NCBI GenBank assembly: GCA_964390595.1
Contig: CAYMIA010000003.1
Location: 17,727 to 81,726, forward strand
Direction: 5' to 3'
Source: an uncultured Gammaproteobacteria bacterium
GTDB taxonomy: Bacteria; Patescibacteriota; Microgenomatia; Daviesbacterales; UBA10151
DNA length: 64,000 nt
Part shown: positions 1-9,549 of the stretch, in pieces
How the letters are laid out: each line of letters starts with the position of its first letter
Numbering within the stretch: the stretch's first letter is position 1
Notes under the pieces: generated by a model
The model's input: only the letters and a program-made list of their open reading frames with translations
Database searches by the model: none
Told to the model about the DNA's origin: nothing
Position numbers and translations under genes: made by a program

Positions 1-10
1 TGAGCTAATT

Positions 11-1075
11 TTGAAAGAGGTCTTTCAAATAGATCAGCTAAAAACCCTTTTAATTGTTGGTTTTGCTATGGGTAATTGGATTGCAGGTACCTTTACTTTG
101 GCAAGCGCCAATTTGGTTTCCTGGAAAGGTTACAAGTTAACAACCATGACGCCAGGCTACTCGGCGCAACCAATTATGGATTCAATTAGATCACTCAAAG
201 ATAGCTTTGATCAGATCATCATTGCTGGACATACCCCTTTTTTGAAAGAATTAGTCGAAGCAATTGCTAACTCAGATATTGAAAGCGTCAGAAATAAAAT
301 TAAGCTTTTGGGAACAGGCCAAGCTGTGAGCGAAAACTGGCGCTCCTTTATAAATCAAACTTTGGGATCAAAAAAGGCCAATAATTTTATTAATCTGTAT
401 GGTTCCGCTGACGCTGCATTAATGGGATTTGAAACACCTGAGTCAATCAATATCCGCCAAATAGTTACCCAGGATTCAGTTAAAAACAAAGCACTTTTTA
501 ATGAAAACCGGGTGCCTTCTCTCTACAACTATGATCCCAGATTAACCTTTTTTGAAGAGGTAGCAGGGGAGTTGGTGATTACCAAAGACACTGGTTGCCC
601 ACTCATTAGGTATAACATTCAAGACACCGGTGGCGTGATTAGCAATCAAAAGATGAAAGAGCTACTCAGTCAAAATTTAGGACAGGGGAGCCTACCATTT
701 GTTTATCTTTTTGGACGGGATAAATTCATGGTCAAAATATATGGCGCTAATGTCTACTCCGAGCATGTTGAGCAAGCACTTGGACATAATCAGCTTCAGC
801 CACACATATCTGGCCGGTTTTTAATGGAAATGATCACAGATGATAATAACAACCCCAGGCTTGTTTGTAGGGTTGAGCTGAAAGAAGGAGTTAAAGAAAA
901 TAAAAAATTAGCTTCACTGATCCAACAGATCTTTATTGATGAGATTAGAAAAATAAACACTGAGTACAACTATGTCTTGGGTGAAATGGGGGATAAAGCC
1001 AGCCCACTTATTCTCCTACACAAACACTCCGATCCAAAATATTTCCCAAAAGACCAAATAAAAAAGACAGGATAA
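11..1075 (+). CDS. Adenylate-forming enzyme, PaaK/coenzyme-F390-synthetase/LuxE-like (C-terminal part; 5' end probably upstream of window)
   Basis: C-terminal motif GELVITKDTGCPLIRYNIQDTGGV matches the PaaK-family C-terminal domain; YGSAD resembles the YGxTE motif. The ORF reaches the window edge, with no ATG near position 11. The stop lies 1 nt before the next gene. Confidence 0.45.
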   Translation: MKEVFQIDQLKTLLIVGFAMGNWIAGTFTLASANLVSWKGYKLTTMTPGYSAQPIMDSIRSLKDSFDQIIIAGHTPFLKELVEAIANSDIESVRNKIKLLGTGQAVSENWRSFINQTLGSKKANNFINLYGSADAALMGFETPESINIRQIVTQDSVKNKALFNENRVPSLYNYDPRLTFFEEVAGELVITKDTGCPLIRYNIQDTGGVISNQKMKELLSQNLGQGSLPFVYLFGRDKFMVKIYGANVYSEHVEQALGHNQLQPHISGRFLMEMITDDNNNPRLVCRVELKEGVKENKKLASLIQQIFIDEIRKINTEYNYVLGEMGDKASPLILLHKHSDPKYFPKDQIKKTG

Positions 1076-1076
1076 A

Positions 1077-2108
1077 ATGAAAATTAAAAAAGACCAAGTT
1101 AAAGAGGGAATATTAAAAGAACTTTACAAAATAAGGCATCCTTCTATTGAATTTGATGAACTTTCCTATCAAATGATGGTTAATAAAATTCAAAATCAAA
1201 CTGATCTGCCCTCAAAAAAAACCAATATTGATATTCCATCCAAGAAAGCTTTTTTTGATTTAACAACTTCTAGAAACAGACAGCTCATTACTATTGATGA
1301 GCAGAATATTTTAAGAAATACTGTGGTGGCTTTCTTTGGCCTAAGCGTCGGCAGCCACGCCGCCCTAACTTGGATGATGGAATCAAGGGCTGATGCAATC
1401 AAAATAATTGACCCCGATACTATCTCCGCATCAAATTTAAATAGACTCCGCTATGGTTGGGATGATTTGGGTAAATACAAAGTTGATACAGTTGCTGATC
1501 AAATATTAGCAATTAATCCCTTCGCGAAAATTTTTTCATCCACTAAAACTGATCCCGAATCGATCAAAAACTTTTTTAAAAAGGAACCAATCCCCGCAAT
1601 TATTGTTGATGAAATCGACGACTTCGAGAGCAAGGTTCTTCTTAGAAAATTAGCCAAAGAAGGTAAAATACCTTTAATATCGGCCGCTGATGTCGGTGAT
1701 AATATACATATTGATATAGAGCGCTATGATACCGATAGGGAAGTGCAACCATTCCTGGGCCGAGTTCCCAATGTTAATAAAATTACATTTTCTAAACTAA
1801 GCGATCTAGAGAAGAAGAAACTAATAATTAAATTAGTCGGATTTGAGGATAACTCCAGTCGGATGCTTGAGTCTTTGATGTCTATTGGTGGATCAATCGT
1901 AACCTGGCCACAGTTAGGTGCTACAGCTACAATTTCTGGCGGGGCAATAGCAACTATTATTAAAAAAATCAAACTAGGGGAGAGTGTCAAAAGTGGCAGA
2001 TATATTATATCCTTGGATAATATCTTTAACTCAGAGTCGGGTTCTAGCCAGAATAAAAAGAAAATCGATGAAAAAATTAATAAGATCCGGAGGATTCTAA
2101 AAATATGA
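1077..2108 (+). CDS. ThiF/MoeB/E1-like nucleotide-binding protein
   Basis: FFGLSVGSHAALTWMMESRADAIKIIDPDTISASNLNRL matches the E1-like Rossmann motif (G-x-G-x-x-G ... D-x-D-x-V-x-x-S-N-L-N-R). The stop overlaps the next start (ATGA). Confidence 0.55.
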   Translation: MKIKKDQVKEGILKELYKIRHPSIEFDELSYQMMVNKIQNQTDLPSKKTNIDIPSKKAFFDLTTSRNRQLITIDEQNILRNTVVAFFGLSVGSHAALTWMMESRADAIKIIDPDTISASNLNRLRYGWDDLGKYKVDTVADQILAINPFAKIFSSTKTDPESIKNFFKKEPIPAIIVDEIDDFESKVLLRKLAKEGKIPLISAADVGDNIHIDIERYDTDREVQPFLGRVPNVNKITFSKLSDLEKKKLIIKLVGFEDNSSRMLESLMSIGGSIVTWPQLGATATISGGAIATIIKKIKLGESVKSGRYIISLDNIFNSESGSSQNKKKIDEKINKIRRILKI

Positions 2109-3115
2109 TACCAAAGGAGCCCTATATTCTGTGGGAAACCAAAATCTCAGACAATTCCGCAAATCCGATGGTTGATTTAGTGAGATATGCGACCTTAGCT
2201 CCGAGTAGCCATAACACCCAACCTTGGAAGTTTTACTTAGGAGAGGATGAAATAAAAATTCTCCCAGATTCTACTCGGCGTCTGGAATATGCTGATCGTG
2301 CAGATAGGCAGCTATACATCAGCTTGGGGTGTGCCCTCACCAATTTGCTTATAGCCGCTTCTCGCCTTGGTTATAAGTATAATGTTAGCTATTTACCTGA
2401 AGATGAATTGGAAAACGTGGCCGTTAGCATCAAACTGACTAAGTCTAAAAAAACAAGTCCAGAGTTATTTCCTTTTTTAACCAAACGCGTAACCAACCGC
2501 AATAAATATTTAAAGCGCCCAATTGAGGAATCAATTGTTCAAGAAATTTTAGACGCCTCAAAAGATCCGTTAATAAAGATTTACCTTACGAGTGACCTCA
2601 GAATTAGGGCAGATATATCTCAACTCATCTATGAAGCAACAGTTTTTGCCTTCAATGATCAAATATTTAAGGATGAATTGTCAGTTTGGGTCCGCTCTGT
2701 CTTTACCAAATCGAACGATGGCATACCTTTATTTGGCTTTGGTATGCCAGAAATATTATCAGTTATAGCCCCCCTGATGATCAAAAAAATGCCCGCTAAA
2801 ATTCAAGCTAATCTAGATAAAAAGCTCGTCAGTTCCTCTCCCGCTCTCATGGTCATAACATCAAGGGTAAATAATCATGAAGCATGGATTAAAATTGGCC
2901 AAACTTTTGAACTAATTAACTTAATTTGTACCAAACATGGGATCTCAGTAGCTCCGCTTGCATCAATTATCGAACACCCAGATTCTAATCAAAAACTGAA
3001 GTCTATTATAGCAACAGATCAAAAACCTTTGTTTTTTGCCAGACTAGGCTATTCAACAAAAGTGCCTCATCATAGTCCAAGAAGAGATATTCAAGAAGTT
3101 ATAGTTAATGTATGA
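2105..3115 (+). CDS. Nitroreductase-fold (FMN-dependent) protein, ~336 aa two-lobed type
   Basis: LAPSSHNTQPWKF is the nitroreductase FMN-binding signature. The 3' end overlaps the start of the following kinase gene. Confidence 0.6.
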   Translation: MIPKEPYILWETKISDNSANPMVDLVRYATLAPSSHNTQPWKFYLGEDEIKILPDSTRRLEYADRADRQLYISLGCALTNLLIAASRLGYKYNVSYLPEDELENVAVSIKLTKSKKTSPELFPFLTKRVTNRNKYLKRPIEESIVQEILDASKDPLIKIYLTSDLRIRADISQLIYEATVFAFNDQIFKDELSVWVRSVFTKSNDGIPLFGFGMPEILSVIAPLMIKKMPAKIQANLDKKLVSSSPALMVITSRVNNHEAWIKIGQTFELINLICTKHGISVAPLASIIEHPDSNQKLKSIIATDQKPLFFARLGYSTKVPHHSPRRDIQEVIVNV

Positions 3116-5339
3116 TAAAGGTATGGTCTCGTTTGAGCTTCTTGGAGTTATTGCATCAGCCATTGGAAATATCTTCCTAGGGTATTTTACCTATAATAAA
3201 AATCTAAAAAGCGAGACTAACAAATACTTCTTTTTCTTTACTTTTTCTCTAGCCGCCTATCTAGCTTTTAACTACTTCGCTCTTCACCAAACAGCAGATA
3301 TATGGACCTTTTTCTGGATTAAAATGACCATCACCATCGCTTTGATCATTAATCTAACGTTCTTGCTTTTTATGAATGCCTTTCCCAATCTAAACTTAAG
3401 TTTAAAACCTAAAGTATTTTGGATAGCATTAATCTCTACTGTCATTATGATCCCATTAGTCCAGCTGAATATAGTCTTTACTGGCATTCAACCCCACACT
3501 ACCCAGCCCATTCCAGGTCCGGGGATAGCGCTTTTTTTATTACATACATTCATTTTTCTTGGAGGTGGATTCTTCTTTCTGATAAAAAAATTTATCGGAT
3601 CATCAGGCGTTAAGAAAACTCAGATCAAGTTACTCTTTTTAGGGGCAGTATTTATGTTCCTTTCCATAGTGACAACAAATCTAATATTTGTTGTGCTACT
3701 GCATACCACTCAATTTGTCGGTCTGTTACCAATCTATGCTGTTGTGTTTGTCAGTTTTATCAGTTACGCGATAGTCAGACATCGATTCCTCGATATCGGC
3801 TTTGTTGTTGCCCGAACGGTTGCATACTCACTCTTAATCACCATAATGGGTTTGTTCTATGTAGTGATAACTTATTCTCTAAGCTCCTTTTTCTTTAAAT
3901 TTCAATCAACTCTAAATCAGTTAGTCATCTACGCCATGATCACACTTGTAGTAGCTCTTTCCTTTGATCGCGTCAGACAAGTCGTTGAAAGACTGACAGA
4001 TAAAATCTTTTTTAAAGGACATTATGATTCCAACCAGCTTCTGTCTACCCTAAGTAACATTATGAGTTCAACCATCGAACTAAAAACTTTAACCAATAAT
4101 ATTTTGGTGACTTTAATCTCTCAAATGCGGATCTCTAAAGGAATTATTGTTTTAATAGATCAAGGCCGAATCTATGATGTCGTTTGGGAGGGTTATCAGC
4201 ACCAACCAGTCTATTCATTTGCACAAACTATCCCATTTTTATATAAGGACGAAACTATCATCTTTGATGAACTGGATGAAGGACCTCTCAAGCAATTGCT
4301 TCGTGATATGGAATTCTCAGTCTCTAAAATTCTAAAAGTCAAAAATGAAGTGATTGGACTAGTGCTCCTAGGTGATAAATCCTCAGGAGATGCTTACTCA
4401 GAACAGGATATTAAAGTCATCAATATCTTTGCTCCAGAGGCTGCAGTGGCGATTCAAAATGCTCAGTCATATGACAAAATCAAAAAGTTTAATGTGACCT
4501 TAACTCAAGAGATTCAAAAAGCCACCTCCGAGCTTCAGGCAGCTAACACCAAACTTCAGGAGTTAGATAAACTCAAAGATGATTTTGTTTCCATCGCCTC
4601 TCATGAACTAAGAACCCCAATGACCGCTATCAGATCCTATGCTTGGATGGCCCTGAATAGGCCAGATGTTCCGCTCTCAGACCGGATTAAAAAGTATCTC
4701 TCCCGGACCTTAATCTCCACTGAGCGCCTCATTAATTTAGTTAATGATATGTTGAACATCTCCAGAATCGAATCTGGCCGTGTTGAAATATCTCCCAAGG
4801 CTTTTGATATGTCAACTTTAGTGAATGATTGTCTAATGGAAATTACTGCCAGAGCCAAAGAAAAAAACCTCCATTTAGAAATGGATACCACCTCTATTCC
4901 TCAAGTTTTTGCTGATCTAGATAAGGTTCATCAAGTGCTCTTGAATTTGCTTGGAAATGCCTTGAAATTTACTCCAACTGATGGAACTATCAAAGTTAAC
5001 TTCTTTACTGATGGGCAATTTTTAGAAACCACAGTGAAAGACTCAGGTGTTGGTATCTCCAAAGATGATCTATCCAGTCTGTTTAAAAAGTTTGGTCGAT
5101 TAGATAACTCCTATGTTGCTGCCGCTACCTCAGGAGGGACTGGTTTAGGGCTGTTTATCTGCAAAAGTTTGATTGAGTTGATGGGTGGAAAGATCTGGGC
5201 CAGCTCCGAAGGAGTGGGAAAGGGTACCTCATTCACATTCTCTCTACCCATCGCCACTAAGATTAATCTTTCCAAAGCCAGTCAATTTACTAATAAAGTC
5301 GAAGGGGAGGCTAAAATACTCGAGCCAGTTGCTATCTAA
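3108..5339 (+). CDS. Membrane sensor histidine kinase (polytopic N-terminus, central GAF-like region, HisKA + HATPase_c)
   Basis: About 8 predicted TM helices. H-box FVSIASHELRTPMTAIRSY. G-boxes GVGISKDDL and GTGLGLFICKSLIELMGGKIW. Confidence 0.8.
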   Translation: MYDKGMVSFELLGVIASAIGNIFLGYFTYNKNLKSETNKYFFFFTFSLAAYLAFNYFALHQTADIWTFFWIKMTITIALIINLTFLLFMNAFPNLNLSLKPKVFWIALISTVIMIPLVQLNIVFTGIQPHTTQPIPGPGIALFLLHTFIFLGGGFFFLIKKFIGSSGVKKTQIKLLFLGAVFMFLSIVTTNLIFVVLLHTTQFVGLLPIYAVVFVSFISYAIVRHRFLDIGFVVARTVAYSLLITIMGLFYVVITYSLSSFFFKFQSTLNQLVIYAMITLVVALSFDRVRQVVERLTDKIFFKGHYDSNQLLSTLSNIMSSTIELKTLTNNILVTLISQMRISKGIIVLIDQGRIYDVVWEGYQHQPVYSFAQTIPFLYKDETIIFDELDEGPLKQLLRDMEFSVSKILKVKNEVIGLVLLGDKSSGDAYSEQDIKVINIFAPEAAVAIQNAQSYDKIKKFNVTLTQEIQKATSELQAANTKLQELDKLKDDFVSIASHELRTPMTAIRSYAWMALNRPDVPLSDRIKKYLSRTLISTERLINLVNDMLNISRIESGRVEISPKAFDMSTLVNDCLMEITARAKEKNLHLEMDTTSIPQVFADLDKVHQVLLNLLGNALKFTPTDGTIKVNFFTDGQFLETTVKDSGVGISKDDLSSLFKKFGRLDNSYVAAATSGGTGLGLFICKSLIELMGGKIWASSEGVGKGTSFTFSLPIATKINLSKASQFTNKVEGEAKILEPVAI

Positions 5340-5365
5340 TAGCCTTTATAGTATAACTTATAATT

Positions 5366-5797
5366 ATGGAACCAAATAACCCTGACCCTCTAAAGAAAGT
5401 TGCGCCTTTAGCTTCTCAAAACAGCTCGATTAGAATTTTAATAGTTGAGGACGATCAATTCTTAAGAGAGTTTTATCAAGAGCTACTAACAACCGAAGGA
5501 TTTAGCGTTGATTCGGCCTCGGATGGCGATATCGCTGTGACTAAAATCCATGATGGTGGTTACAATTTAATCATGCTCGATATCATGCTTCCCAAAAAAG
5601 ATGGTCTCCAAATTCTGCGCGAAAATAAGGTCAATCCACCAGCCAAACCCAATGGCAAAATAGTTGTCCTGACAAATTTGGGTCAGGACGCCATTATCAA
5701 ACAATGTTTTGATTTGGGTGCAGCCGGCTATATTATCAAATCTGCTCTCAACCCAGATCAAGTTTTAAATGAAATCCACAACTATTTAAAATCCTAA
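5366..5797 (+). CDS. Single-domain response regulator (receiver only)
   Basis: IRILIVEDD...MLDIMLPKKDG...KIVVLTNLG is a CheY-like receiver with the phosphoacceptor Asp motif. Confidence 0.75.
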   Translation: MEPNNPDPLKKVAPLASQNSSIRILIVEDDQFLREFYQELLTTEGFSVDSASDGDIAVTKIHDGGYNLIMLDIMLPKKDGLQILRENKVNPPAKPNGKIVVLTNLGQDAIIKQCFDLGAAGYIIKSALNPDQVLNEIHNYLKS

Positions 5798-5800
5798 ATT

Positions 5801-6580
5801 GTGAAGCTAAAAATCCTCTATAGTGATGACGCGATGCTGGTCATTGACAAGCCAGCCGGTCTAATCGTTGATCCTAATACTACCTCAACAGAGATTACTT
5901 TAGCTCAGATACTTCAAGAAGAGTACCAAATTCCCCTAGAAAGGGGAGGGGTAGTTCATAGACTAGATAAAGACACCTCGGGTATTTTGCTTGCCGCCAA
6001 AACTAGTCAAGCGCTTGAAGTTCTGCAAAGTCAGTTTAAGGAGAGGACCATCAAAAAAGTCTATACCGCTTTAGTTCATGGAATAATTGATGAGGAAGGG
6101 CGGATTGTGGAACAGATTGCCCGCAACCCCTCTGAGCGGGAAAAGTTTATGGTAGTTGATAAAAAAAGAGATCCTAATTTAGTAGGCAAGGAGGCAGTCA
6201 CCCGTTTTAAAAGAACGCAGAAGCTAGCACTAAGCGAAGAAACCTTAAACGACCTCTTTGAAGAGTTTAATAAAATTCAATTTAAAAAACTGCGCTCCAG
6301 CAAATACTCAGAGTTTAGCCTAATTTCTGCCTTTCCAGAAACTGGACGGACTCACCAAATTAGGGTACATTTAAAGTATATTGGATATCCGATTGTGGCG
6401 GATCAAAAATACACCGGCAGGCGAACCGTCAGGTTGGATCACCGCTGGTGTCCCAGACAATTTTTGCACGCCAGTAAAATTGAATTTGACCATCCAATAA
6501 AAAAGCAGCGGTTAAATTTCGAAAGTCCGTTGCCAGATGATTTGCAGTCAGCTTTAAATCTCCTGCAAAAAGTCGAGTAG
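5801..6580 (+). CDS. RluA-family pseudouridine synthase
   Basis: LVIDKPAGLIV and catalytic HRLDKDTSGILLAAK. Non-ATG (GTG) start. Confidence 0.8.
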   Translation: MKLKILYSDDAMLVIDKPAGLIVDPNTTSTEITLAQILQEEYQIPLERGGVVHRLDKDTSGILLAAKTSQALEVLQSQFKERTIKKVYTALVHGIIDEEGRIVEQIARNPSEREKFMVVDKKRDPNLVGKEAVTRFKRTQKLALSEETLNDLFEEFNKIQFKKLRSSKYSEFSLISAFPETGRTHQIRVHLKYIGYPIVADQKYTGRRTVRLDHRWCPRQFLHASKIEFDHPIKKQRLNFESPLPDDLQSALNLLQKVE

Positions 6581-6593
6581 ATCCTAGCCCAAA

Positions 6594-8249
6594 ATGCAGA
6601 ATATATTTATACAGTTAGCAATCATCCTCTCCCTGGCCTCTCTACTTGGATTTATTGTCCGCAAACTCAAACTACCCCTTTTGGTGGCTTATTTATTGGT
6701 TGGCATGGTGCTTTCTTCAGTCAGTTTGTTGGACTTAAAACATTCACCGGTCTTTATTTTACCTGAAATAGGAACCGCTTTTGTACTTTTCTTAATCGGC
6801 ATGGAGCTAGATCTACGTGAGGTTAGAGCACTGGGAAAGCCTATTCTAATAGTCGGTCTGCTTCAAATCTTAATCTCAGCCCTAGCCGGCTATAGCATCT
6901 CCTCCTTATTTGGTTTTCCTGGAATGCAAGCCTTCTACATAGGAGTTGGCTTATCTTTTTCCTCAACCATAGTGGTGATTAAGCTGTTACTAGAAAGAAA
7001 AGATCTTAATTCACTTTATGGCAAACTCTCCTTAGGCGTGCTGCTTCTAGAGGATCTCATCGCCGTCTTGGTTCTAATGTTTATTTCAGTTGGGTCGAGC
7101 GCTTTTAACCTAGGATTGCAAAGCAGTTTTCCTATCATCGCACTAATTCTAAAGGGCTTAAGTTTAATTATTGGTGGTTACCTCCTGTCGCGCTTTGTTC
7201 TGCCTAAAATATTCACTGTAATCGCCAAGTCCAGTGAACTGCTCTTTTTAACTGCCATAGCCTGGTGTTTTGTATTTACATCAATTGCCCTGTTGCTTGG
7301 ATTTTCCCTAGTCATTGGCGCGTTCCTGGCCGGAGTAGCGCTGGCCTCCTCTCCTTTTCACTACCACATCTCTGGCAAGATCCGCCCCTTAAGAGATTTT
7401 TTCTTAATACTTTTTTTTGTTTATTTAGGCGCTCAGTCCCAGTTACAAGCAGTTGCCGCGCATATCACTCTAATCGCCATTTTTGTGGCTTTCGCACTAA
7501 TTGTCAAACCACTGATCTATCTACTTTTATTTGGTGCTTTTGGGTTTAAAAGACATACTATCTTTCAAGCCTCATTGAATCTGTCGCAGATATCTGAGTT
7601 TTCTCTAATTATCTTACTTGTTGGGGTTCAGTTTGGTATAGTCGATCAAAGCGCGCTATCAATCATGGCGATGACCACCATAATTACCATTACTCTGTCA
7701 TCTATTTTGATATCTAGATCAAAGAAAATCTACCCAATTGTCAAACCGCTACTGAATTTCTTTGAAGTAAGTGGCAAATTCCATGATCAGGAGCAAAGAG
7801 AAGACCATGATCTTTCAGATCATGTCGTAGTTATTGGTGCCCACCGGATTGGTGGCCCGATAGTCGACTTTCTAAAAAAAGAAGAGATCCCTTTTATCGT
7901 CCTAGATTTTAATCCAGAGATAGTTAAAAAACTTCTCAAACAAAAAATTAAAGTTATTTATGGCGACTTAGGAGATGAAGACGTACTGGACACAATTAAA
8001 ACTCCAGTTGCCAAATTAGTTATCTCCACCTCATCTAATTTAGATGACAACAAAGCTCTAATCGCCTATCTTAAAAGAAAAAGGTCCGAATCCAAAGTTA
8101 TTGTTAGGGCCAGTGAACATGACGATGTCGATGACTTAAAAAAGCTTGGCGCCGATTATGTCATCTTTCCTGAAGATGTCTCGGCTGACTTTTTAGTTAC
8201 CCAGCTAAAAACTCATTGGCCTAGAATTTATATCAAAGAAAACCCCTGA
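6594..8249 (+). CDS. Kef-type monovalent cation:proton antiporter (CPA2) with C-terminal RCK/TrkA-N domain
   Basis: 12-13 TM helices followed by VVVIGAHRIGGPIVDFL, a Rossmann GxGxxG RCK domain. Confidence 0.75.
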   Translation: MQNIFIQLAIILSLASLLGFIVRKLKLPLLVAYLLVGMVLSSVSLLDLKHSPVFILPEIGTAFVLFLIGMELDLREVRALGKPILIVGLLQILISALAGYSISSLFGFPGMQAFYIGVGLSFSSTIVVIKLLLERKDLNSLYGKLSLGVLLLEDLIAVLVLMFISVGSSAFNLGLQSSFPIIALILKGLSLIIGGYLLSRFVLPKIFTVIAKSSELLFLTAIAWCFVFTSIALLLGFSLVIGAFLAGVALASSPFHYHISGKIRPLRDFFLILFFVYLGAQSQLQAVAAHITLIAIFVAFALIVKPLIYLLLFGAFGFKRHTIFQASLNLSQISEFSLIILLVGVQFGIVDQSALSIMAMTTIITITLSSILISRSKKIYPIVKPLLNFFEVSGKFHDQEQREDHDLSDHVVVIGAHRIGGPIVDFLKKEEIPFIVLDFNPEIVKKLLKQKIKVIYGDLGDEDVLDTIKTPVAKLVISTSSNLDDNKALIAYLKRKRSESKVIVRASEHDDVDDLKKLGADYVIFPEDVSADFLVTQLKTHWPRIYIKENP

Positions 8250-8254
8250 GCCTG

Positions 8255-8283
8255 TTGACATTTTTCACAGCCAGCAGGATAAT
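8255..8283 (+). promoter_or_regulatory. Sigma70-type promoter, TTGACA-17-GATAAT
   Basis: TTGACA at 8255-8260, 17-nt spacer, GATAAT at 8278-8283. An ATG lies 7 nt downstream, so the transcript would be leaderless. Confidence 0.45.
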
Positions 8284-8289
8284 AGAAAT

Positions 8290-8418
8290 ATGGCTGATGG
8301 ATCTTTCTTTAAAGGTGAGAAAAAGAAGCAAAAGAAAGGACAAGGCGCAAGACCCATCTCAATTGCGCCAGTATTTACTCCACCTTCGATCATCAAAAAA
8401 GGTAAAGATAAGTGGTAA
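8290..8418 (+). CDS. Small Lys-rich protein (42 aa, MADGSFFKGEKKKQKKGQGARPISIAPVFTPPSIIKKGKDKW), putatively leaderless
   Basis: ATG at 8290 sits at the predicted TSS of the consensus promoter. Too short for the ORF track. The alternative 62-aa ORF 8255-8443 in another frame would start inside the -35 box. Confidence 0.25.
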   Translation: MADGSFFKGEKKKQKKGQGARPISIAPVFTPPSIIKKGKDKW

Positions 8419-8473
8419 TCCTTTAAAGAGCAGAGCAGGATAGATTAGTCTTCAGACGGAATCTAAAAATTCC

Positions 8474-9520
8474 ATGCCCAGAAAAAACTCTGTCAAAAAA
8501 CCAAAAAAAGTTCTATCGCCCAAAGGCTCGTCTCCAACCAGACTGGCCTTGATCGCTCTATCTATTGTGATAGGGATTATCCTATTTGGAAAAATCATTG
8601 AATGGGTGACCAGTTTATATCAACCAATAACCAAAGATCTGCTTGTTAAAAAAACTGCCAGTTGGGATGGCCGCTCCAACATTAATATCGCCTTCAAAAC
8701 TGATACTATCTCAGTAATTTCATATAATCCCCAAAGTCAAAAAATGACTATTCTTAATCTCCCAAATAACCTCTATATGGAATTACCAAAGGGGTATGGT
8801 TCATGGAGTTTAGGTAGTGTCTACGACTTAGGCCAAAGTGAAAATCCGCCTGTGGGATCTGAGCTGCTCAAAGAATCATTAACTAAATTACTTGGCCTGC
8901 CAATGGACGCTTACATTACCTTAGATCAAAACTCTAAACCGGTTGACAAACTTTTGGGGGAGATCAAATCTAATCCGATCAGTACCATCTCGCTGGTCAG
9001 GCAGATTAAAACTGACTTAACTCCGCTTGAGGCAGTCAGAATTCTCAAAGCTTTTAGTTCAACACGGGCTGATAAACAAGAAGTCCTCGACTTTGCCAGC
9101 TCAGAGATCACAATTAGCAAACTCCTGCCAGATTCATCCCGTGTTTTAGGGATCAATACTGTGGCGCTAGACACATTTATCCGGGAAAAAATGGCTGACC
9201 CGAACTTTACAGGGGAGGGGATGGACATCGCTGTTTATAACGCCACCAGTCATTTTGGACTAGCTACCGAGCTCTCCCGTGCCATTACCAATATGGGTGG
9301 AAACGTTATTTTTACCTCAAATACCGAAAATTATCTGAAAACCTCGATCGTCACCTCAACTGATCCTCAAAAAGAGACTTCTAAAAGAATTACTCAGCTG
9401 TTCGCGCCTCAATGTTTGAAAAGCAAGTGCGCCAGCACCGATCCTAAAATCACCACCTCCCGTGCTCAAATCAACGTTATAGTGGGCGAAGACTACTTTG
9501 AAGCAGTTCACGCTCGCTAA
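8474..9520 (+). CDS. LytR-CpsA-Psr (LCP) family cell-envelope phosphotransferase
   Basis: N-terminal TM anchor. DTISVISYNPQSQKMTILNLPNNLYMELP is the LCP core. C-terminal LytR_C-like segment. Confidence 0.6.
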   Translation: MPRKNSVKKPKKVLSPKGSSPTRLALIALSIVIGIILFGKIIEWVTSLYQPITKDLLVKKTASWDGRSNINIAFKTDTISVISYNPQSQKMTILNLPNNLYMELPKGYGSWSLGSVYDLGQSENPPVGSELLKESLTKLLGLPMDAYITLDQNSKPVDKLLGEIKSNPISTISLVRQIKTDLTPLEAVRILKAFSSTRADKQEVLDFASSEITISKLLPDSSRVLGINTVALDTFIREKMADPNFTGEGMDIAVYNATSHFGLATELSRAITNMGGNVIFTSNTENYLKTSIVTSTDPQKETSKRITQLFAPQCLKSKCASTDPKITTSRAQINVIVGEDYFEAVHAR

Positions 9521-9549
9521 ATTAAAAAGATCTTGCTACAATTGGTGCT

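Noticed and set aside
8255-8443. 62-aa ORF from the track
   Set aside because: Its first codon lies inside the -35 hexamer of the strong promoter it would depend on. The 42-aa frame starting at 8290 fits the promoter geometry better. Both remain unproven.
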